Part shown: positions 7,901 to 12,832 of the stretch, piece by piece
How positions within the stretch are numbered: the stretch's first letter is position 1
Layout: each line of letters starts with the position of its first letter
Assembly: GCA_964525635.1 (NCBI GenBank)
Contig: CAZGJX010000109.1
Coordinates: 1-12,832, forward strand
Reading direction: 5' to 3'
Source of the DNA: an uncultured archaeon
Lineage (GTDB): Archaea; Asgardarchaeota; Lokiarchaeia; Sigyniarchaeales; SOKP01
DNA: 12,832 nucleotides
The notes under the pieces: model-generated
Seen by the model: the letters and a program-made list of their open reading frames with translations, nothing else
Told to the model about the DNA's origin: nothing
Database searches by the model: none
Program-made: the position numbers and the translations under genes

Positions 7901-8368
7901 TTACTTATTCCCTTTTTTTAAATCTTCATTTTTATTTGCTTTTTCTGATTCTCTAAAAGGGTTGTTGCCAAGATTTCGTATTATTTCTGAGATCCTTATA
8001 ACTTCTTGCTGAAATTTTTGACCTTCTGCGGCACTACAATGAAACATCTGTATTCGTTCTTCTGAAATACCTATTGTTTTAAGAATTTCTCGGGTATACT
8101 CTATATTCCTTTCAGCTACTAGATTACCCGTTTCAAAATCGCATTCACCACGATATCAACCTGCTACAATGACTCCATCTGCCCCTTTACTTATTGCGCG
8201 AATTAGTAGATTAGGTGTGACTCTACCAGTACAATTTATTCTAATTGGACGTATAGTGGAAGGATATTGTGCTCGAATAGTTCCAGCCATATCACCAGCA
8301 CCATAACCTCACTTCCAACACATAAAACTAATTATCTTTATATCATTTTCAACTGTTATTTCAATCAA
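7901..8368 (-). CDS. vhuD: Hydrogenase/heterodisulfide reductase [2Fe-2S] subunit VhuD/MvhD, selenoprotein with two Sec (about 155 aa; TTG start uncertain)
   Basis: Absent from the ORF track. Manual translation: (M)IEITVENDIKIISFMCWKUGYGAGDMAGTIRAQYPSTIRPIRINCTGRVTPNLLIRAISKGADGVIVAGUYRGECDFETGNLVAERNIEYTREILKTIGISEERIQMFHCSAAEGQKFQQEV...KKGNK*. TGA at 8309-8311 and 8156-8158 fall at Cys positions of the MvhD motifs CxxC-xY and GADGV..GC..G.C. Confidence 0.93.
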
Positions 8369-8373
8369 CCTCT

Positions 8374-10335
8374 TTATATCTCTTCTAAAATAGCATCTAT
8401 TTGCTTTTCATATTGCTTTTCTCTATAATACCTAAGATTTATCGCTTCTGAGGGACAATTTGCTAAACATGTACCACATCCTCTGCATAATATTTCATTA
8501 ACTTCTGCTCCATCATCAAAAAGCTTAATGGAATTATATGGGCAATTTAATTCACATAGTCCACATTTAGCACATTTTTCTTTGTCGACAATAGCTCTAA
8601 TTAGAGCAATACGAAATTTATCCTTGCTCATTAATCTTGCAGCAGAAGAAGCTGCAGCTCTTGCATGAGATATAGATTCTGCTATTGATTTTGGACCTTG
8701 GCTAACTCCTGCAAGTACTATACCAGGTATTTTAGTATCAATTGGATTTAATCTAGCATGAAATTCTTTAAAAAATCCATCTCGGCTAGTCTCTAATTTT
8801 AATAACTTTTGGATCTTTTTAATTTCATTTGGAGGAACCATTGCACAAGATAACACTATTAAATCAAATTCAAGTTCTTGTAATTCATTTGTATCTCTCA
8901 ATGTATTTTGCATAAGTATTTTTAAATTATGAGTTTTGGGATCTTCTCCAATTCTACTTATATTAGTTCTAATATATTTAATGCCTTCTTCTCTTGAAGC
9001 CGTATAATATTCTTCATAATCCTTACCTGCTGCTCTTATATCCATATAAGCAACACATACTTCAATATCTGGATAATGTTGTTTTATCAATTTTGAATTT
9101 TTAATTGAAATCATACAACACACTCCAGAACTACAATAGGTATTTTTTGTTAAATCTCTGGAGCCTACACATTGAATGAATAATACCTTATTTGGTCGCC
9201 TTCCATCTGAGGGTCGAATTAAATGTCCTATAGTTGGACCGTTAGGTGCAAGCATCCTTTCTAACTTCAATTGAGTTATAATATTAGGATAGGTATTATA
9301 CCCTAAATACCCATTAGGAGGTATATATTCATCCCAACCTGTTGCTACTATAATTGAACCGACTTTAAGTTCTTGTATAACGTCTTTTTGATCAAAATCT
9401 ATAGCATTTAATTCACATACTTTTTGGCATAATCCACATTTAATGCATTTTGTCATATCAATTTGGGCTAAAGAAGGAACTGCTTGAGCAAAAGCAATAT
9501 AAATTGCAGGTCTTGGATTCATTCCTTCATTAAACTCATTAGAGCCTATAGCAGGACATACTTCCTCACATGCACCACATCCATTACAATCCTGATTAAC
9601 ATATCTAGCTTTTCTTTTTATTTTTACATCAAAATTACCAACAAATCCTTTAATATCTTCTAACTCACTGTAAGTATAAAGATTTAATCCTTTAGTTCTG
9701 GCTGCTTGAAGCATAACTGGTCCTAAAATTCAGATAGAACAATCATCAGTTGGAAATGTTCGGTCTAATTGGGCCATTTTTCCACCAATAGTAGGTGAAC
9801 TTTCAATTAAATGTATAGCATATCCTTCTTCAGCAAGATCAATCGCAGCAATTAATCCAGCAACACCTCCGCCAATAATTAAGATTTCTTTAGTTATATC
9901 TACTTCTTTAATCTTTATCGGTTCTAACAATATAGCTCTTGCTATTGCAGACTTAATTGCATCCTCTGCTACCTTCTGAGCTCCTTTTTTATCATTTCTA
10001 TGAACAAAACTACTGTGTTCTCGAATATTTACAAATTCAAGATAAGAAGGATCAATATTCATTGACTCCAGAACACTTTTAAATACAGGTTCATGGGTTT
10101 TTGGAGTACATGCTGCAACTATTAATCTATTTGCTTTAAATTCAGTCATTTTATTCTTTATAAATTCAGCACCCGCTTCTGTACACATACTAATATATTC
10201 ATCAGCATTAACAACATTAGGTAATGTTTTAGAAAATTCAACAAGAGTTGGACAATCAATTATTTCAGATATATTAATACCACATCTACAGACAACAACG
10301 AAAATCCTTATTTCATCGATTTCTTCTTTTTCCAT
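8374..10335 (-). CDS. hdrA: Heterodisulfide reductase subunit A, selenoprotein (653 aa, Sec202)
   Basis: ORFs 9730-10335 and 8374-9714 share one frame, joined by TGA (9730-9732) in RTFPTDDCSI-U-ILGPVM, the CxxC position of HdrA. Also FAD-binding GGGVAG, CRCG, ACTP, VNIREH, QCVGSRD...YCS..CC and ferredoxin CxxCxxCxxxC motifs. Confidence 0.96.
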
Positions 10336-10519
10336 TGCATATCATTCCTTTATTACTTTTTTGTAAAAAACCTCCTAATATTTCAGGTAATATTAATTAT
10401 TAGATGAAAATATTTTATATTATTTAAACTGACAAGTCTACTAATAAAAATTAAATTTAAATCAAAAATCTTTTTTATATCTTTTATAAGAAATTATTTT
10501 ATATTTAATTGATATAATT

Positions 10520-10945
10520 ATGATTTTTATCTTAATGCAAGAAGGAGGCATGGATTACGGATTAGTTGTCCCTCTCATCCTCGCACCCATAATATTTGTT
10601 ATATTAGAGGTTATTGTTTTAAAAATTGGTTTGAAGATTAGTAAAGCAATGGAAAAAACAGATTTTAAGTGGATTCTTATTAGTATAGGAATTCAAACAG
10701 GATTGGTTTTTTTTGTTTTTACTCCAGTGATGTTTATGGGAATTTCAGGTTCTTTTAATGATCAAGGTCCTGATCCTGGGATTATGATTCCAGTTATGAT
10801 AACCGCAATCATTGTTGGTGTAAATATGATAAATGTTTTACATCAAATCGGAATTGGTAAATCTATCTTTGTTTTTATCTTATATGCAATACCATTGACA
10901 TTCTTCATAATAACTTTAGTAAGCACCCTCAATTCAATAAATTAA
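10520..10945 (+). CDS. Hypothetical integral membrane protein (about four TM helices)
   Basis: Four long hydrophobic segments in 141 aa. The true start may be a downstream Met (MQEGG or MDYG). Confidence 0.75.
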   Translation: MIFILMQEGGMDYGLVVPLILAPIIFVILEVIVLKIGLKISKAMEKTDFKWILISIGIQTGLVFFVFTPVMFMGISGSFNDQGPDPGIMIPVMITAIIVGVNMINVLHQIGIGKSIFVFILYAIPLTFFIITLVSTLNSIN

Positions 10946-11018
10946 ATAAAATTATTTTAATTCTATTTTTCAATCTCATTAAGTTTTACAGAAAAAATAA
11001 TTATATTATTTTTCAAAA

Positions 11019-11951
11019 TTATAAACTAATCTCTTTATTAATATTTTCAATCATATTAACAACTTCAGCCCGAGCTGCTTCAGCGAACTTTTCTGGAGGA
11101 TAATTTTTATTTTTCACATAAGCAAACATAATTGCTCTTGAAGAATTAACAATCGCACCCAATCCATTTTCATTGAATCCGTATTTAATATCTTTCGCGG
11201 TTGCTCCTTGAGCACCATACCCTGGAATTAAAATAAATGAGTTCTTAACAATTCTTCGAATTGTTTTTAACTCATTTGGATATGTAGCACCGACCACCAC
11301 ACCTAAATTATGATAATTTTCAAATTTTTCTAGTTCATTTCCCCATTTTAAAACTAGATCTGCCATGTGTATGTAGTTCCTTCTGAGTGTTGAAGAACTT
11401 TCTATTTGACTTAAATTAATTTCTGTTTGTTCTTCAGGAATTTTTTCTAATGAAATACTAAATAGGTTTTGAAAATCTTTACTGCTTGGATTAGATGTTT
11501 TTACTAAAATAAAATTACCCTTATTTTTATATTTGAGAAATGGAGCAATTCCATCTATTCCAAAATAAGCATTAATTGTACTTCCATCAGCCTTTAAAAC
11601 ATTATAGTGTGCATAAGCATAAGCTTCAGAAGTAGATCCAATATCATTCCTTTTAGAGTCTAAAAGAACTAATAAATCTTTTTTTTGAGCATATTTTATT
11701 GTATCTTTAAGCGCACTTAACGCATCATATTTTTCATAAAAGGCAATCTGAGGTTTGATAATTGGGATTAAATCATATGTTTGATCAATTAAAGCTTTAT
11801 TAAATTCAAGAATAACATCATTGGGATTATTATATTCTTTAACTAAAAACTGAGGTATTTCACCCTCATGATCCATCCTTGGATCAAAGCCCATACATAC
11901 TACGCTTTTCTTTTCTTTAATTAAGGTAATTAATTTCTCTATAAATTGCAT
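11019..11951 (-). CDS. pyrF: Orotidine-5'-phosphate decarboxylase (long, type 2)
   Basis: CMGFDP, IKPQIAFYE, catalytic DSKRNDIGST (DxKxxDIxxT), LVKTSNPSS, GVVVGATYP, ILIPGYGAQG, VNSSRAI. Confidence 0.96.
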   Translation of the reverse strand: MQFIEKLITLIKEKKSVVCMGFDPRMDHEGEIPQFLVKEYNNPNDVILEFNKALIDQTYDLIPIIKPQIAFYEKYDALSALKDTIKYAQKKDLLVLLDSKRNDIGSTSEAYAYAHYNVLKADGSTINAYFGIDGIAPFLKYKNKGNFILVKTSNPSSKDFQNLFSISLEKIPEEQTEINLSQIESSSTLRRNYIHMADLVLKWGNELEKFENYHNLGVVVGATYPNELKTIRRIVKNSFILIPGYGAQGATAKDIKYGFNENGLGAIVNSSRAIMFAYVKNKNYPPEKFAEAARAEVVNMIENINKEISL

Positions 11952-12167
11952 ATTTCTCTTGTAAATTGTTATAAATAATATTAATTTTTGAGAATTAACA
12001 AAAAATTTTAAGAACTAACACTAATTTTTAAGAAATTCGTTTTAATATTATATATTTTTTTTGATTTAATAGTGTTTTATGATATTTTAAAACTTTTTCT
12101 CTTAAAAAATATAATTTTTAATTTATTTTTGAGATATTATTTATAATGACATAGGTTTTTTCTCAAA

Positions 12168-12832
12168 TATACCATCATATCACCCAGAGATTATTCTGTT
12201 ATATAATATTCAATATATTATTTTCTTCTATGAAACCGCTTCAAATCATGAGAACATCACCCAATCATGATGAATTGATTGAACTATTTAAAAAAGAGGA
12301 AAATTTACGGCTAAAGGAACGCTATCAAGCTCTTTATTTACTCTGTGAAGGAAAGAATTGTACTGAAGTTGGAAAAATAATAAAATGATCAAGGAGGACA
12401 ATACTTAATTGGCTCTATGCGTTTAATAAAGGGGGATTAGATGCAATTGTTCCAATTCTTCCTCCTGGACGATCCCCTCGTCTTACAAAAGAGCAAAAAG
12501 CAATACTACAGGATGATGTGTGTACTCACCCCCGTGAATTAGGCTATGAATTTAGTAATTGGGAAGCTAAGAGTGTTGCATTTCACATAGATAAGAAATT
12601 TAACGTGGAATTAAGTGCTCGACAAGCTAATAGATTGCTTCATGAATTAGGGTTTACGCTCCAACGCCCAAGATATCGCTTTAAAAAAGCAAATCTGAAG
12701 CAAAAAGAAGAGTTCATCCAACAGTTCCAAAAAAAGTGGATTCTCTCAAACCAGACGATGTAGTTCTATTTCAAGACGAGGCAAGTGTTCAATTTTCTCC
12801 AACAATCACGCGCACCTGGTCTTTAAAAGGTC
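12168..12832 (+). mobile_element. IS630-family insertion sequence, 5' part (runs off the right edge; left end tentative)
   Basis: Transposase reading frames as described in the next feature. A candidate left end TA|TACC at 12168 fits the IS630 TA target, but the right inverted repeat lies outside the window. Confidence 0.8.
12230..12832 (+). pseudogene. IS630 transposase: OrfA with an internal TGA and OrfB (DDE) in the -1 frame
   Basis: From ATG 12230: MKPLQ...ERYQALYLLCEGKNCTEVGKIIK*SRRTILNWLYAFNKGGLDAI...PGRSPRLT...W...LHELGFTLQRPR (tandem HTH) with TGA at 12386-12388. After A-AAA-AAG (12730-12736) the -1 frame reads VDSLKPDDVVLFQDEASVQFSPTITRTWSLKG, the first catalytic D motif of IS630. 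Confidence 0.88.

Noticed and set aside
9715-9732. hdrA as two separate genes or a pseudogene
   Set aside because: Same frame, a single TGA at a conserved Cys position, and a SECIS-like element downstream indicate selenocysteine.
11385-11445. 8-bp inverted repeat (TGAAGAAC/GTTCTTCA) in an apparently extended loop of pyrF as a possible in-frame intron
   Set aside because: No bulge-helix-bulge geometry could be built, and the frame is open.
11952-12167. AT-rich intergenic region as ncRNA or CRISPR array
   Set aside because: No regular repeats, tRNA fold or GC-rich stems seen.
12386-12388. Selenocysteine in the transposase
   Set aside because: Not a recognisable conserved Cys position and no SECIS visible in the window.

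Overview
AT-rich archaeal window, most likely Asgard (Lokiarchaeia-like); this is inferred from the selenoprotein HdrA and VhuD genes followed by a eukaryote-type AUGA/GA SECIS-like hairpin. Gene order: 3' end of an unknown ORF; ATP-dependent DNA ligase (+); AMP phosphorylase (-); SNAP/TPR-like plus Ig-like protein (-); 661-aa protein with possible HTH and HNH-like motifs and a small Zn-finger protein (+); hdrA-vhuD (-) with three in-frame UGA (Sec) codons, where the ORF track splits hdrA and misses vhuD; a membrane protein (+); pyrF (-); and the 5' part of an IS630 transposase. Main finding: the AMP phosphorylase gene is interrupted inside its conserved DKHST|GGVPGNK motif by a 30-nt stop-containing insert (3066-3095). 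The insert folds into a tRNA-endonuclease-type bulge-helix-bulge/loop motif closed by a long exon-exon stem, and cutting at the canonical bulge positions restores the frame and the motif exactly. It is a candidate EndA-spliced intron in an mRNA other than cbf5. All structures were folded by eye and no database searches were run.
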